A stretch of 64,000 bases of DNA from Antedon mediterranea (taxonomy: Eukaryota; Animalia; Echinodermata): assembly GCF_964355755.1 (NCBI RefSeq), contig NC_092674.1:5146001-5210000 (forward strand), read 5' to 3'. Shown here in pieces: positions 61,342 to 64,000 of this stretch. A program made the translations under genes and the position numbers. The notes under the pieces are model-generated. The model was not told the origin of the DNA. It ran no database searches and was given only the letters and a program-made list of their open reading frames with translations. Numbering within the stretch: the stretch's first letter is position 1; each line of letters begins with the position of its first letter.

Positions 61342-63169
61342 TGACAGAAATTGAGTCTGTTTCATATCAAAGTATGAATTCTTGTTGTATTTTACTTCAA
61401 ATACAAGTTATTCACTTCTGTAACAAAACAATAATATTTATTCACGTATAAAAAGAGAAAAGAAACGTTTAATTATAACCCAAAAACCATTGTCTGACAG
61501 ACAATTTAAGTATGTTTTGCTTTAAATTACATTTTTTCAGGTAAAATAACTATTTGGGACAATAAAATGACACATTCAAAAACAAATTTGAAATAAAAAA
61601 TATTTTTCAGAGGGATAATATATCTTAAAAACTGTTACGTCAATAAGCGAGCAGCGTTGTTGTAAGAAATATTCTTGTTTATAGTGTACATTCAATGTAA
61701 ATTGAATTTTTGTTTTTGAAACAAAAATAATAAGAAGGGAAAAAACAAAAAATAAGGTTGCGTGAATGTGTTTCTACCTCCCCCGCCTTAAGCTCTGTCT
61801 ACACTGTGAAGCTACTTCAAGTATACAAATATGGTAGTGATATACTCAAATATGGTAGTGACATTACATCATCATGTTCATATATTGGCACATCACATTG
61901 TTTTATCACATAAAGTTTGATAGTGTAGACAGGGCTTTAGATATATTGTTCCCATGAAAAAAAATTAACAATGTTGAATCATTTTACATCTCCCTGCTAG
62001 TTGAATAGGCAAATGTAATGTTACATTTGGTAATATATTATTATTTACAAAAATCGGTAAAATATATTAAAATCGTTTAATTTGTTTGTAGCCTAATTTG
62101 TTTAGCGCAATCATTGCTTTTGCTTTTTTTCCGAGAAAATAAATGACTTTGTTAAAACTTCAATGTCACCTAATTAAAGTTTAATTACAGTTTGATGACG
62201 TGTTTAAGGTTCATCGCATATTTTTATTGCAGGTGTTGTCCTGAATTCTTAAAAACTGATATACTAATGTTACATAAGAGTTCGTGTTTCCCTGAAATTT
62301 GAGTGGACTAATTGTTTCCTATTATGGAGGATATTGTAGCGTATTATATAATATATAGGTTCCCCCAAGGACATGTTACCGGTAAACGTTTCCAGACAGT
62401 TGAACAGTAATAGCCTACTACCGATTTATGTGCCGTATTTGTATTGTTTCGGGTTCCTATGATGTTGTATTCGTTAAATCCCCAACGGAAAATCAATCCT
62501 TTTGTTGTTATAACACATTGTGGTTGTTAGTGACGTCAACTGACTCCTGACGTTTCATTTTGTTGTTGTTAAGAACCAGTTAATTTATAGTAAAATACCA
62601 TTTATTTAAACCTCAATTGTTTTTTTAATTTGTTTGCAATTTAGGCGGATAGCGAAGTGGTACGGATGTTGAGAAGTGGTTTCACCCATGGTCTAAACTA
62701 TTATAGTTCAATGGTTTCAATTCACGTTCACTTCTGTTCGAAATGGTTCATTGTCAGATGAATGTAAGACTAATTTGCATTGTCGTTCACGACAGAAGTC
62801 GACCATAATAATAGGAGTAGTCATACTCGAATTAAAATATTGAATGATGGGTCATTTTGTATCGTAGGTACCAAAACAATGCAACATTAAATCGTCAAAT
62901 AGTTGCTATTTATAGTGTTATACATCAATAATGTAATTAGTCATCAAGTGGTTACTGTGCGCTCGTGTTGTTTAACCATGGAGATATACCCTTATGATTT
63001 AACCTTGTGCTGTGCGGCTTTGCAATTACCTCATCAGTGGGGATTTTCCCTCTTTTTCAGGCTTCCGACTCTGGACAAGTTGCCACTTCCTATTTAGCTT
63101 TTTATAAACAAAAACAATCCTGGTATATTAATAATTTATTTACTCATTATTGTATTTATTCCTGTTAAA

Positions 63170-63960
63170 TAAGGAACACTGATTGCATGTGCACTTCAAC
63201 TTGTTAAGGTGCGTCCAAAGAAACAAAATATAACAATAAACAAAGAGGAATACAAAAATGGGAATGTATATTCCTACTAATAAACAAAGACTACCAACAT
63301 CACACCAAGCTTCAACTAATTAACAGACTATGTAGTATCTATATACAACAAACAGATCAAAACATTAAAGCTTGATCAACCTGTAGCCGAACATTTTAAT
63401 TCAGTTGGTCACTCGATTGCAAGTTTCAGAGTTATTGCAATAGACCACGATGTCAAATGGAGCGACAAAACTCGCAAAGACAAAAAAAACCACTGGGAAT
63501 TACTACTTAAAACCACAAAACCTTTTGGACTTAACATTAGGAACATACTCCCAGATCGGTCAAATTATTCCATTGACTACCAAAATTTAAGTTTCAATTT
63601 TAACCACCATTTTAGCTGTTTTTTTAGTTTCATTCCAAAATTGTTTATATCTCTACTAAGCTACCTTCTTTGTTTTCGACTCTTATTTAGTCTCCACCCA
63701 CCATTCACCACCCTGTCTCCTTTGTTGTATTTCTTTTATTCCTGTCCACCCAGACAGCACTTGCCAGTTCTTATGCTATGACTTTATCCAAATTCCTTCA
63801 CTGATCAAGGGATAGTGTTTCCCGAAAGCTCTGATAACTTTTCTGGCTATTTTACTTTATCGTTTTGATTTAGCTTTTCGCTTCTTTTTTTTAATCTCTA
63901 TTGAGATCCAGCCACTGATACACCCACAGCATTGTCATTTTTCCAGTATTTTTCCTTTGG
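63170..63960 (+). mobile_element. Penelope (Neptune-like) 3' fragment: GIY-YIG C-terminus and pLTR with hammerhead-like motif
   Basis: QPVAEHFNSVGHSIASFRVIAID...WELLLKTTKPFGLN, and CTGATCAAGGGA..TCCCGAAAGCTC at 63802-63831. Confidence 0.75.
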
Positions 63961-64000
63961 ATATATATACATATATACATATATCTATCCATTACGGGCT

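Overview
AT-rich, intron-containing animal genomic DNA, probably a marine invertebrate deuterostome (inferred from IL-17, U12 introns, Deu/Nin- and CORE-type SINEs and Penelope elements). Hand-splicing gives five intact genes plus one damaged gene. These are an IL-17 cytokine (+, 3464-4596), a two-domain ShK peptide gene with two +1 lesions (+, 8842-11591), PELP1 (-, 14 exons), RNF168 (-, 6 exons), eIF2A (+, 18 exons, two consecutive U12 introns) and a 5-coding-exon gene the ORF track does not assemble (-, 53187-55535). That last gene encodes a 242-aa leaderless protein aligning by eye with the IL-18/IL-1 beta-trefoil and sharing its intron positions and phases; it is the most interesting object here. 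The rest is nested MITEs, HINEs, LINE/Penelope fragments, SINEs (one with a 5S+tRNA+CORE structure) and minisatellites. All alignments are by eye and from memory of the families; no searches were run.
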